64,000 bases of DNA, taken from contig JBEQAU010000020.1 of NCBI GenBank assembly GCA_041640175.1, positions 929-64,928 on the forward strand, given 5' to 3'. The DNA comes from Microvirga sp. (lineage in GTDB: Bacteria; Pseudomonadota; Alphaproteobacteria; Rhizobiales; Beijerinckiaceae). The notes below the pieces were generated by a model. It was not told where the DNA came from. It searched no databases and saw nothing but the letters and a program-made list of their open reading frames with translations. Both the position numbers and the translations under genes were made by a program. Below, in pieces: positions 1 to 9,199 of this stretch (the stretch's first letter is position 1; each line of letters begins with the position of its first letter).

Positions 1-193
1 GCTGAGTCCATAGCTGATCATCCCGTGCAGAGCACTGATCCGATCAGCCTCCCTATATCATATTTTCTACAACTATACCACTTCGAGACACAGTCCTCAA
101 ACGTATTCGGCCTGCGGACAGCTGACTTCAAAAAGGAGTAGCTCTGATTTGCATGCTTCAACTGCGCCCCCAGTAAATTAGGTTCAAAGCAGG

Positions 194-739
194 ATGAACA
201 GCAGTGGTGAGCGCATGCCTGTCGTCAATGTTCGCATGAGTAGCAACGTCATGATTACGCACCCGGATCTCGTCAATCTCTATGGGTGTACCATAGGCAA
301 CGGGTCTCGGATTGGTCCGTTCGTTGAAATCCAGAAGAACAGCTCAATCGGGGAGAACTGTAAAATTTCATCCCATTCCTTCATCTGCGAAGGGGTCACT
401 ATCGATAATGACGTCATGATTGCGCACGGCGTCATGTTCACGAACGATCTCTACCCTAAGGCCGTGAATGGCACCGGGGAGCTGATGACTGAACATGACT
501 GGGAGGTGGTCCCGACATTGGTGCGCAAGCGCGCCTCCATTGGCTCAAATGCGACCATTCTGTGTGGAATAGTCATAGGTGAAGGCGCCCTCGTGGGATG
601 CGGAGCAGTCGTCACGCGCGACGTTCCTGATTACGCCATCGTGGCTGGCGTTCCGGCCAGAGTGATCGGAGATGTTCGCGAGTGCGGAGCATCTGCTGCC
701 CGTACCCATTTGGCAGTTAACCTCGATACAAATTCATAG
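194..739 (+). CDS. Hexapeptide-repeat (left-handed beta-helix) sugar N-acetyltransferase, WbpD/WlbB-like
   Basis: 181-aa ORF with repeated [LIV]-G-x4 hexapeptide pattern ([51 protein letters not shown]) and a [11 protein letters not shown]-terminal segment typical of LbH acetyltransferases. It is the first gene of a tightly packed operon, 8 nt before the next start. Confidence 0.75.
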   Translation: MNSSGERMPVVNVRMSSNVMITHPDLVNLYGCTIGNGSRIGPFVEIQKNSSIGENCKISSHSFICEGVTIDNDVMIAHGVMFTNDLYPKAVNGTGELMTEHDWEVVPTLVRKRASIGSNATILCGIVIGEGALVGCGAVVTRDVPDYAIVAGVPARVIGDVRECGASAARTHLAVNLDTNS

Positions 740-747
740 GTGCGAAC

Positions 748-1794
748 ATGATTGGTGTTGCTGTCATCGGCTATGGATATTGGGGTCCTAATCTTGCTCG
801 TTGTGTTTCAGAGGCGGAGGGATGCAAACTTGTCTCGATAGCCGATGCTTCCCCACTTGCCCGCAAGCGTGCGGAATCCCGCTATCCATCAGCCAAAGTT
901 GAGGAAAATTGGCGTTCGCTGATCAACGACCCTTGTGTTGATGCTGTCATCATAGCGACCCCGACCCGTTTTCACTATGAAATGGGTTCGGCAGCCTTGC
1001 AGGCTGGCAAGCACGTTCTCGTTGAGAAGCCGATGGCCTCAAGCTCATATGAGGCGCTCAGGCTCGTAGAGGAGGCTGAGAAACGCAACCTCGTCCTAAT
1101 GATAGACCACACATTCGTCTATACAGGTGCAGTTCAGAAAATTCGCGATCTCGTGATAAGTGGCTCGATCGGCGACATCTATTATTACGACTCAACGCGC
1201 ATCAACCTCGGCCTCTTCCAAACCGATGTAAACGTTATCTGGGATCTTGCGGTTCACGATCTTGCCATTCTGGATTTCATCTTGGATGCCCGCCCTGTAG
1301 CCGTTTCGGCGACAGCAGCAGGTCACATCGTGGGTAATCCTGAGAACATGGCTCACATTACACTCTACCTTGAGCATGGCGCTACCGCCCACCTGAACGT
1401 GAACTGGCTCGCTCCTGTCAAAATTAGGCGAACTCTCATCGGCGGAAGTCGACGGATGATCGTCTATGACGATGTCGAGCCCAGCGAGAAAGTGAAAGTC
1501 TATGATCGAGGCGTTTCGATTGCTGGAGAGCCGGAGAGCCAGAACAAAACTGACGAGATCCGGCGCATGCTCCTCAACTATCGTATGGGAGACGTTTGGA
1601 CTCCGCAGCTCTCTGTCAAAGAGGCACTCCTCACGGAAGTTGAGCACTTCGTCAAATGCATTGAAAAGAAGGAGCAGCCGATAACCGGAGCCATGAGCGG
1701 CCTTCGCGTATTGAATTTGTTGGAGGGTGCAACGCAGTCTCTTAAGAGGCGCGGCCACCCGGTGGAGCTCTTTGACCTGAGAAACGTATCATGA
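748..1794 (+). CDS. Gfo/Idh/MocA-family NAD-dependent sugar oxidoreductase, WbpB/WlbA-like
   Basis: 348 aa. N-terminal Rossmann motif (VIGYGYWG) and the family EKP motif (HVLVEKPMA). Its stop overlaps the next start (ATGA at 1791-1794). Confidence 0.8.
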   Translation: MIGVAVIGYGYWGPNLARCVSEAEGCKLVSIADASPLARKRAESRYPSAKVEENWRSLINDPCVDAVIIATPTRFHYEMGSAALQAGKHVLVEKPMASSSYEALRLVEEAEKRNLVLMIDHTFVYTGAVQKIRDLVISGSIGDIYYYDSTRINLGLFQTDVNVIWDLAVHDLAILDFILDARPVAVSATAAGHIVGNPENMAHITLYLEHGATAHLNVNWLAPVKIRRTLIGGSRRMIVYDDVEPSEKVKVYDRGVSIAGEPESQNKTDEIRRMLLNYRMGDVWTPQLSVKEALLTEVEHFVKCIEKKEQPITGAMSGLRVLNLLEGATQSLKRRGHPVELFDLRNVS

Positions 1795-2906
1795 TCCCTT
1801 TCCTGAATCTTAAAGCCCAGTATGAAACCATTCAAACGCCTCTTGAACAAGCGATCCTCGCTTCGCTCAGGAACTGCGACTATATCCTTGGTGACGCGGT
1901 AAGCCGCTTTGAGGATTCATTCGCACAGTACTGCGGTGTGAGAGAAGCCGTATCGCTCAACAGCGGTACATCCGCTCTTCATCTCGCGTTACTTGCCGCC
2001 GGAGTCGGCCCAGGTGATGAAGTTGTAACAGTCTCTGCGACTTTTGTAGCGACAGTCGCTGCTGTGCTTTACGCCGGCGCGACTCCAGTTCTGATCGATG
2101 TCGATCCTGAAACCTTCACACTAGACCCAACTGCTTTCGAGAAGGCTATTACACCGAAAACAAAGGCAGTCATTCCCGTCCACATGCATGGGCGCTTAGC
2201 CGATATGGAAGCAATTTGTGCAATCGCTCAGCGCCATGGAATAGTGGTTATCGAAGACGCTGCACAGGCTCATGGCGCAGAGAGACATGGCCGAAAGGCT
2301 GGTGCCTTCGGGCTCATGGGCTGCTTCAGCTTCTATCCAGGGAAGAACTTAGGAGCCTGCGGCGAAGGCGGCGCGGTTACAACGAATGATCCCCAGATCG
2401 CGGCTAAGCTTCGTTGTCTCCGCGATTGGGGGCAGCAGGGAAAATACAACCATGTGCTCTCGGGCTTCAATTATCGAATGGATACGCTGCAGGCTGCAGC
2501 CTTGGAAGTAAAACTCCGGTTCCTGTCTGATTGGACAAGGGCGCGACAGCGGATAGCCACTCTCTACGATGGCCTTTTGCTCGGCACTCACATACGGACC
2601 CCACAACCCTCCGGACTTGACCATGTCTATCATGTCTATGCCGTTCGCGTGGCACAACGCGATATGGTCAGAGCGCAGTTGACTGCCGCTGGAGTTGCAA
2701 CGGGTATTCATTATCCTAAGCCTGTCCATCTGCAGACGGCGTATTCCAATCTGGTTCGCACGCCTCATAGTCTGTCGGTATCGGAAGCTCTCGCAGACAA
2801 CTTTCTGTCACTTCCCATTTACCCGGAATTGACGGAGCACCAAGTCGGCATCGTAGCGGATTCTCTGGTTCGGATTGTGGAGGACTCCAATGTCGAGGCA
2901 GCTTGA
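1791..2906 (+). CDS. DegT/DnrJ/EryC1/StrS-family PLP-dependent sugar aminotransferase, WbpE/WlbC-like
   Basis: 371 aa. Family hallmarks are [21 protein letters not shown] and SFYPGKNLGACGEGG (PLP-lysine context). ATGA overlap with the upstream gene. Confidence 0.85.
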   Translation: MIPFLNLKAQYETIQTPLEQAILASLRNCDYILGDAVSRFEDSFAQYCGVREAVSLNSGTSALHLALLAAGVGPGDEVVTVSATFVATVAAVLYAGATPVLIDVDPETFTLDPTAFEKAITPKTKAVIPVHMHGRLADMEAICAIAQRHGIVVIEDAAQAHGAERHGRKAGAFGLMGCFSFYPGKNLGACGEGGAVTTNDPQIAAKLRCLRDWGQQGKYNHVLSGFNYRMDTLQAAALEVKLRFLSDWTRARQRIATLYDGLLLGTHIRTPQPSGLDHVYHVYAVRVAQRDMVRAQLTAAGVATGIHYPKPVHLQTAYSNLVRTPHSLSVSEALADNFLSLPIYPELTEHQVGIVADSLVRIVEDSNVEAA

Positions 2907-3978
2907 ATCATCTTTCACGGCCTCAATATTGCGACCGCATAAGACTAATCGCGTACTCGTTACAGGCGGAGCCGGATTTATTGGAAGCCATGTAGTGGAT
3001 GCCCTTGTTGCTTCGGGCGAACGGGTCACCGTACTTGATGATCTTTCGACGGGGTCTTTGGACAACCTCATCTCCGCGAGATCCACGGGAGATGTCCGAT
3101 TCTTACAAGGATCGGTTCTCGATAAAGCGGCTGTCGACGATGCGCTCGCTGGATGCGACCGCATATTTCACATGGCTGTACAGTGCGTTCGGCGCTCGCT
3201 GGGCGACCCTATACAAAGTCACGAGGTTAACGCCACAGGCACACTTACCGTACTGGAGGCAGCGCGACGCAGCCATGTCAGTCGTCTCGTCTACTGCTCC
3301 TCATCGGAGGTCTACGGAAACGCCTTTGATGGTATACTGAATGAGGACGATACCCCTTGTCGTCCAGTTACAGCCTATGGTGCAGCGAAGCTGGCAGGAG
3401 AGCTTTATACAGATGCTTATAGGCAGACCTATGGTCTTCCAACCCTCGTGGTCCGTCCGTTCAATGCATACGGTCCTCGGGCGCATCAGCAAGGCGATCT
3501 TGCCGAGGTTATCCCTCGCTTCGTGATCCGTGTTCTCAACGGCTTACCGCCTGTTATTTTTGGCGACGGCTCAAACGGGCGTGACTTTACCTATGTCACA
3601 GAAGTCGCGCGGGGGCTTGTTTTGGCAGGAGCATCCGATCAAATGATTGGACAGCGTGTCAACATCGCCTGCGGTCGTATGATTACAGTTCGGGAAGTCG
3701 CCGACGTGGTGGCCCGTGTCTGCGGAAGGGACGATCTGCGTCCTGAATTCTCCCCCCCTCGTCCCGGTGACGTGCAGCGGCTCCACGCGGCAATCCGCAA
3801 AGCCAAGGCTCTCCTTGGCTATCAGGCCGAGGTTACGTTTGAGGAGGGGATCAAGCGCTATATTTCATGGTTCCGATCCAACTATCCAGATCCATCCAAT
3901 CTCGTCGAAGCAAAGGCTGAGAACTGGATAATGCCGGCCCCAGAGAAGAAGCGCGAAGTTCATGAGGCATCTTTATGA
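2890..3978 (+). CDS. NAD-dependent nucleotide-sugar epimerase/dehydratase (extended SDR)
   Basis: GGAGFIGSH Rossmann motif and YGAAK (YxxxK) catalytic motif. ATG at 2890 lies 5 nt after a GGAGGA RBS; the track ORF begins at TTG 2875. It overlaps the upstream stop by 17 nt. Confidence 0.85.
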   Translation: MSRQLESSFTASILRPHKTNRVLVTGGAGFIGSHVVDALVASGERVTVLDDLSTGSLDNLISARSTGDVRFLQGSVLDKAAVDDALAGCDRIFHMAVQCVRRSLGDPIQSHEVNATGTLTVLEAARRSHVSRLVYCSSSEVYGNAFDGILNEDDTPCRPVTAYGAAKLAGELYTDAYRQTYGLPTLVVRPFNAYGPRAHQQGDLAEVIPRFVIRVLNGLPPVIFGDGSNGRDFTYVTEVARGLVLAGASDQMIGQRVNIACGRMITVREVADVVARVCGRDDLRPEFSPPRPGDVQRLHAAIRKAKALLGYQAEVTFEEGIKRYISWFRSNYPDPSNLVEAKAENWIMPAPEKKREVHEASL

Positions 3979-5111
3979 TCCCGATTGCCAAGCCTATCGT
4001 AGGAGATGAGGAAGCCAATGCAGCAGCTGCTGTAGTCCTTTCCGGCTGGTTGACTCAGGGACCTCAGGTCGCTGCCTTTGAGGATGAGTTCGCAGCTGCG
4101 GTTGGGGCATCACATGCCTGTGCCGTTTCCAATTGCACGGTCGCGCTTCATCTTGCGCTCCTGGCAGTCGGGATTAGCCCCGGCGATGAAGTGATCTTGG
4201 CCAGTCACACTTTCATTGCCTCGGCGAATGCGGTCCGCCAATGCGGAGGCGTACCGGTCTTTGTCGACATCGATCCTAGAACTTACACGATGGATCCCGA
4301 GAAGGTTGATGCTGCGATAACGAGCCGTACGAAGGCCATCATGTGCATCCATCAGATGGGGATGCCGTGCGACATGGAAAGAATCATGTCATTGGCAGAG
4401 CGCCATGGCCTTTCAGTCGTGGAGGATGCTGCCTGCGCCATCGGGTCAGAAGTCAAGATCAATGGGCATTGGGAACGCATCGGCCGTCCGCTGGGTGAGA
4501 TAGCTTGCTTCTCTCTTCATCCACGCAAGCTGCTCACGGTCGGTGATGGCGGTGTTCTGACCACCTCCAATCCCGAGTTCGATCGGCAGTTCCGGTTGTG
4601 GCGGCAGCATGGCATGAGTGTATCGGACGCTGTCCGCCACGGTAGTCCAACAGTGATTTTTGAAGAATATCCTATTCCCGGCTTCAACTATCGTCTGACG
4701 GACCTGCAGGCCGCAGTAGGACGCGAGCAGCTAAAACGGTTGGACATCATCGTTTCCCGCAGACGAGAACTCGCGGCCAGCTACAAGCGAATGCTCTCAG
4801 GCATCAATAGCGTCGCAGCGCCGGAAGAACCGGAATGGGCTAAGACGAATTGGCAGAGCTACTGCGTGCGCCTGCCGGATGGCGCTGACCAACGCCATGT
4901 CATGCAGCACATGCTCGACCGGGGCATTGCGACCCGACGGGGGGTCATGTGTGTCCATCTTGAACGTGCTTATTCCTCTATGGAGCAGCGTTTCGCGCTT
5001 CCCGAATCCGAGAAAGCCCAAAGCGGCTGCATCATTCTGCCTCTCTTCCACGAGATGACCGAGGTGATGCAAGAGAAGGTTGTTTCTGTACTTCATGAAG
5101 CCCTGCACTAA
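3975..5111 (+). CDS. Second DegT/DnrJ/EryC1/StrS-family sugar aminotransferase
   Basis: 378 aa. Motifs [22 protein letters not shown] and [18 protein letters not shown] overlap with the upstream stop at 3975-3978. Confidence 0.85.
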   Translation: MIPIAKPIVGDEEANAAAAVVLSGWLTQGPQVAAFEDEFAAAVGASHACAVSNCTVALHLALLAVGISPGDEVILASHTFIASANAVRQCGGVPVFVDIDPRTYTMDPEKVDAAITSRTKAIMCIHQMGMPCDMERIMSLAERHGLSVVEDAACAIGSEVKINGHWERIGRPLGEIACFSLHPRKLLTVGDGGVLTTSNPEFDRQFRLWRQHGMSVSDAVRHGSPTVIFEEYPIPGFNYRLTDLQAAVGREQLKRLDIIVSRRRELAASYKRMLSGINSVAAPEEPEWAKTNWQSYCVRLPDGADQRHVMQHMLDRGIATRRGVMCVHLERAYSSMEQRFALPESEKAQSGCIILPLFHEMTEVMQEKVVSVLHEALH

Positions 5112-5133
5112 GGAGCGGCATCCTCAACAACTG

Positions 5134-5163
5134 CAGAGGCTGCTTCAGCAGTCTCTGTTGCTT
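5134..5163 (+). terminator. Possible rho-independent terminator of the amino-sugar operon
   Basis: cagaggctgc / ttca / gcagtctctg gives a 10-bp stem with one mismatch, followed by ttgctt (a weak T tract). It starts 23 nt after the stop at 5111. Confidence 0.35.
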
Positions 5164-5347
5164 AACTCAGGGTCTTACAGCTGGGCCTTAGCTCGAGTTT
5201 GATCAATTCTCAGGGCGTAAGCCACGATTCCCCGCCAATATGGCAAACGTCCAGCTAAGTCTCCCTCTCGGCACCGAGGTGAGTTATCGGTGACCTCTAC
5301 AACAACCCTCGGCACGTTGCACCGGAGCTTCCTCAGAAAATCACTCT

Positions 5348-5857
5348 CTAGGTTTCGACGTATCCTGCAATCCGGGCTGGGCAGCCCCAGACCTTCGTTC
5401 TGGGCGGTACATCGCTATTGACGAAGGACATTGCTCCGATCACCGAAAAATCTCCGATTGACACGCCCTTCGCGATAATTGCATTCGGGCCGATATAGAC
5501 CCCATGACCGATCGTGGTAGCTCCATACTCGACTGGCTCTCGACCAAGAGTGACGCTTCGCCGAACTGTATCGTGCGAATAGATCTGTACTCCGGCTGAA
5601 ATCGAGCAGTAATTTCCGATCCTGAGACCGCCGGATCCGTCGAGAATTGTATTGGGTCCGATCCAGGTGTGCTCACCTACTGTAACGTCGCCCAGGATCA
5701 AGACATTGTCGTAACAGGACGATCCTTTTCCGAATCCGTATTCACGGGCGTTCTCCCAACGGTCGGTGATCAAGTCCCCAAATGAGACACGTCGCCTGAA
5801 CTGAGCCATCTTCTCGGCCTGCAGTGTTCCTTGCAGTTCTCTTATCTCCTTTATCAT
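5348..5857 (-). CDS. Hexapeptide-repeat acetyltransferase (WbbJ/maltose O-acetyltransferase-like)
   Basis: 169 aa. LbH repeats (ILGDVTVGEHTWIGPNTIL, IGNYCSISAGVQI, IGHGVYIGPNAIIAKGVSIGDFSVIGAMSFV) and a PPRTKVWGCPARI tail. Confidence 0.75.
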   Translation of the reverse strand: MIKEIRELQGTLQAEKMAQFRRRVSFGDLITDRWENAREYGFGKGSSCYDNVLILGDVTVGEHTWIGPNTILDGSGGLRIGNYCSISAGVQIYSHDTVRRSVTLGREPVEYGATTIGHGVYIGPNAIIAKGVSIGDFSVIGAMSFVNSDVPPRTKVWGCPARIAGYVET

Positions 5858-6033
5858 TACATATCTCCTCGTGCATGGTCCGATATCGATGGTCAGATCT
5901 CGTTCAAAACTACCACTGCGCTTTTGCCAGGTATATGATTGACGACAAACCAGTTGGTACGAAGAATGAGATCACCTGCAATGAGTTCAATGTTCTACTA
6001 ACGGTCGATTGAATAGAATCGTTCTTTTACGCT

Positions 6034-6041
6034 CGAATAAA
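6034..6041. repeat. Left copy of the 8-bp target-site duplication (cgaataaa) of the IS66 element
   Basis: cgaataaa lies immediately outside the left IR and is identical to 8490-8497, immediately outside the right IR. Confidence 0.85.
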
Positions 6042-6125
6042 GTAAGCGGTGTTCTGACCTCACCTTACGTTCGTGTGTTTGAGAGGCGAGACTGACGGTC
6101 TCTGATTGGGGATCGTTTTGTGTCG

Positions 6126-6521
6126 ATGGTTGACCATATGCTTGAGCCGCCGCGGCCCGTGCGGCGCCTGGAAGTGATCACCGGAGCCGGCGGGCGCCGG
6201 CGCTGGTCAGCGGATGAGAAGGCGCGGATCCTCGAGGAGGCCATGGCGCCGGGCGCGGTGGTCTCCGAGGTCGCCCGCCGCAACGGCATGTCGCCCCAGC
6301 ACCTGTTCACCTGGCGTCGTCAGGCCAGGCGGGAGGCTGACAACCATCCGTTGGCCTTTACCCCAGTTGTTGTCCGCCCAGATACGCCGCAACCCGCACC
6401 GGCAACCTATCGGGAGGCCGTGATCGAGGTGGCGCTGGAGAGCGCCATCATTCGCATTCCGCCCGGTGTCGATGGCGCGACACTGGCCCTCGTGCTGCAA
6501 ACCCTCAAGAGCCTGCGATGA
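6126..6521 (+). CDS. tnpA: IS66-family accessory protein TnpA (Orf1)
   Basis: RRLEVITGAGGRRRWSADEKARILEEAMAPGAVVSEVARRNGMSPQHLFTWRR is the typical IS66 Orf1 HTH region. Start is ATG 6126 (or GTG 6120). The stop overlaps the tnpB start. Confidence 0.85.
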   Translation: MVDHMLEPPRPVRRLEVITGAGGRRRWSADEKARILEEAMAPGAVVSEVARRNGMSPQHLFTWRRQARREADNHPLAFTPVVVRPDTPQPAPATYREAVIEVALESAIIRIPPGVDGATLALVLQTLKSLR

Positions 6522-6874
6522 TCGGACCAACCGGCGCTGTCCGCGTCCTGGTGGCTACAAAGCCTGTTGACTTCCGCAAAGGGGCAGACGGCCTCGCGGC
6601 CATCGTGCGCGAGACCATGGGAGCCGATCCGTTCTCCGGGACGGTTTATGTCTTCCGCGCCAAACGCGCGGATCGCGTCAAGCTGGTGTTCTGGGACGGC
6701 ACGGGAGTGGTTCTCGTGGCCAAAAGGTTGGAGGACGGCGAGTTCCGCTGGCCCAAGGTGCAAGACGGTGCCCTTCACCTGTCGGCTGCTCAACTCTCAG
6801 CGCTGCTCGAAGGGTTGGACTGGCGCCGCGTGCATGAGCCGCGCCACACAACAGTGCCGTCGGCAGCGAGTTGA
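6518..6874 (+). CDS. tnpB: IS66-family Orf2 protein TnpB
   Basis: 118 aa. VLVATKPVDFRKGADGLAAIVRETMGADPFSGTVYVFRAKRADRVKLVFWDGTG is the highly conserved IS66 Orf2 signature. ATGA overlap with tnpA. Confidence 0.9.
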   Translation: MIGPTGAVRVLVATKPVDFRKGADGLAAIVRETMGADPFSGTVYVFRAKRADRVKLVFWDGTGVVLVAKRLEDGEFRWPKVQDGALHLSAAQLSALLEGLDWRRVHEPRHTTVPSAAS

Positions 6875-6943
6875 TCACACACCGTCAGCCCCACCCCGTA
6901 AGAGCAATCGTCGATCGCAGCAAAGCATGATTCACTGCGTCCT

Positions 6944-8476
6944 GTGACCAGCACGACGCAAGCTCTCCCCGACGATCCTGATCTGCTCAAGGCCATGCTC
7001 CTGGCTGAGCGGGCGCGGGCCGAGCGGCTGGAGCAGATCATCAAGGCGATGCAGCGTCACCGCTTCGGTCGCCGCGCCGAGAGCCTGCCCGAGGATCAGC
7101 TGCTGCTGGGACTGGAAGAGGCCGAACAGACTGAAGCCGCTGAGGAAGCCCAACACGAGCAAGCCGATCCGGCCGAGCGCAAAAGCCGAGCGGCCCAGCG
7201 GCGCCGGAACCGCGGATCCTTGCCGACCCATCTGCCGCGCATCGAGACAATCATCGACATCGACGATCCGGCCTGTCCGGGCTGTCGCAACCTCCTGCAC
7301 CGCATCGGCGAGGATATCTCTGAACGCCTCGACATCGTGCCGGCGCAGCTGCGCGTGCTGGTGATGCGCCGGCCCAAATATGCTTGCCGCGCCTGCGAAG
7401 ACGGGGTGGTGCAAGCCCCGGCTCCGGCCCGTGTGATCGAAGGCGGACTGCCCACCGACGCGCTGGTCGCGCAGGTGCTGGTGTCGAAGTACGCCGATCA
7501 TCTGCCGCTCTACCGGCAGGCGCAGATCTATGCCCGCCAGGGCATCAGCTTGGATCGCTCGACCCTGGCCGACTGGGTGGGGCGGGCCGCCTGGCACCTG
7601 CGGCCGGTGCATGACCGCCTGCTGGCGCAGCTGAAGACCTCACCCCGGCTGTTTGCCGATGAGACCACGGCACCGGTGCTCGATCCTGGCCGCGGCCAGA
7701 CCAAGACGGGTCAGCTGTTTGCCTATGCGCGCGATGACCGGCCGTGGGGCGGCACGGACCCGCCTGGAGTGGCGTACGTCTATGCGCCGGATCGCAAGGC
7801 GGCACGTCCGATTGCGCATCTGTCCGGATTTGCCGGCGTGCTGCAGGTCGACGGCTACAGCGGCTATCGGGCCCTGACGGGCGGCAACCAGGTCACCCTC
7901 GCGTTCTGCTGGGCGCATGTGCGGCGGCGCTTTTACGAGCTGGCCGCGGCCGGCGCGGCGCCGATTGCCAGCGAAGCCCTCACGCGCATCGCGGAGCTCT
8001 ACCGCATCGAGAGCGACATCCGTGGCATGAGTGCCGCGGAGCGCTGCCGGATTCGCCAACAGAAGAGCCGTCCGGTGCTGGAGGTTCTGGAGCCCTGGCT
8101 ACGCGGCAAGCTCGGTCTGATCAGCCAGAAGAGCAAGCTGGCCGAGGCGATCCGCTATGCGCTTGTGCGCTGGGAGGGCCTGACGCGTTTTGTAGACGAC
8201 GGGCGGATCGAGATCGACTCCAACGTGGTCGAGCGGGCGATCCGGCCCTTGGCCCTCACGCGCAAGAACGCGCTGTTCGCGGGCTCGGATCGCGGTGGCG
8301 AGCATTGGGCGATCATCGCCTCATTGGTCGAGACCTGCAAACTGTGCGGGGTGGATCCGCAGGCCTATCTCACGGACGTCCTGAGCCGCATCGCCACCGG
8401 CCATCTCAACACCCGCCTCGATGATCTGCTGCCGTGGGCCTATGCCACCGCGCCGGACCTCAAGGCCGTGGCCTGA
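6944..8476 (+). CDS. tnpC: IS66-family DDE transposase TnpC
   Basis: 510 aa. N-terminal leucine zipper-like region, CPGC...CRAC zinc-finger-like motif, then YADHLPLYRQ, LQVDGYSGY, CWAHVRRRF and NVVERAIRP, all typical of IS66 transposases. The stop codon lies inside the right IR. Confidence 0.93.
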   Translation: MTSTTQALPDDPDLLKAMLLAERARAERLEQIIKAMQRHRFGRRAESLPEDQLLLGLEEAEQTEAAEEAQHEQADPAERKSRAAQRRRNRGSLPTHLPRIETIIDIDDPACPGCRNLLHRIGEDISERLDIVPAQLRVLVMRRPKYACRACEDGVVQAPAPARVIEGGLPTDALVAQVLVSKYADHLPLYRQAQIYARQGISLDRSTLADWVGRAAWHLRPVHDRLLAQLKTSPRLFADETTAPVLDPGRGQTKTGQLFAYARDDRPWGGTDPPGVAYVYAPDRKAARPIAHLSGFAGVLQVDGYSGYRALTGGNQVTLAFCWAHVRRRFYELAAAGAAPIASEALTRIAELYRIESDIRGMSAAERCRIRQQKSRPVLEVLEPWLRGKLGLISQKSKLAEAIRYALVRWEGLTRFVDDGRIEIDSNVVERAIRPLALTRKNALFAGSDRGGEHWAIIASLVETCKLCGVDPQAYLTDVLSRIATGHLNTRLDDLLPWAYATAPDLKAVA

Positions 8477-8489
8477 GAACAGCGCTTAC

Positions 8490-8497
8490 CGAATAAA
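8490..8497. repeat. Right copy of the 8-bp target-site duplication (cgaataaa)
   Basis: Identical to 6034-6041. 8 bp is the characteristic IS66 duplication length. Confidence 0.85.
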
Positions 8498-9199
8498 CAG
8501 CCTATTGAAACCACAGGATAGACTATTTTCTCTCCCTAGGATCAATAGTTAAGTATTCATACTTCCCTCTCGCGGTGGCGAGGAAAAGCACTAAGGCCAC
8601 GATCATGCCCCTCGTGAGCTGGTGCGGAAGTGGCGGGCATACAGCAGCCCATCGGGCTTTATTGCCACCACATGAGATGCCTCGCGTTGCTTTCTAAGAG
8701 GACACCCCTCAAGGCTCCGCCGGCCCTCTAGGGCAGGGTTGGAAGCTTCGCAGCAATGTCTACTCCGGAGAGCTTCCCCGGTCGCAACAGCCGGGAAAGG
8801 CGCTCTCCAGTTGCTTCGAGGTTAAAGGCGTCGGGCCACGGACGCTGTCGCCCATCATGCTACTCACGAGGACCGATAGCGCCCCATGCAACACCTGCGG
8901 TCCGAAGAACGTTAACTTGACCCTTCGGCTTCTGCCCCGTGCGTCCATCCCGCATGTTGTAAAGGGGTGCTTGGTGCTGTATAGGCACATCCGTGTCTTC
9001 AGTCGCGCATTCCTGCCTCCTTGGAATGCCTGCGCGAGGCACTCGGTCAATCCGGAACTGTGCAGGCAGGTCCAAGCGCAAAGCGCAGGAACCGCGAGAT
9101 TCCGGAGACTCGAGAGGTTTTCCGCCCCAAATTCGTATGGAAGCGGCCTTAGTCGGGTGCCGTCATGGATGTCAGTTTCGTAAAGAGTGGATTTGGCGG

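Larger units (their letters stand above)
6042..8489 (+). mobile_element. Complete IS66-family insertion sequence (tnpA-tnpB-tnpC)
   Basis: Terminal inverted repeats start with the IS66-typical GTAAGCG. Left is GTAAGCGGTGTTCTGACCTCACC; the reverse complement of the right end is GTAAGCGCTGTTCTCAGGCCACG (about 17/23 identical). It has three ORFs in canonical IS66 order, is 2448 bp long, and is flanked by a perfect 8-bp direct repeat. Confidence 0.92.

Noticed and set aside
5824-6012. 62-aa plus-strand ORF between the acetyltransferase and the IS66 left end, and a 33-codon minus-strand stretch (NIELIAGDLILRTNWFVVNHIPGKSAVVVLNEI*) that looks vaguely like a cupin/sugar-isomerase C-terminus.
   Set aside because: The 62-aa ORF overlaps the acetyltransferase start and has no motif. 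The minus-strand stretch has no start codon and is preceded by an in-frame stop. It is too short to call a pseudogene without a database search.
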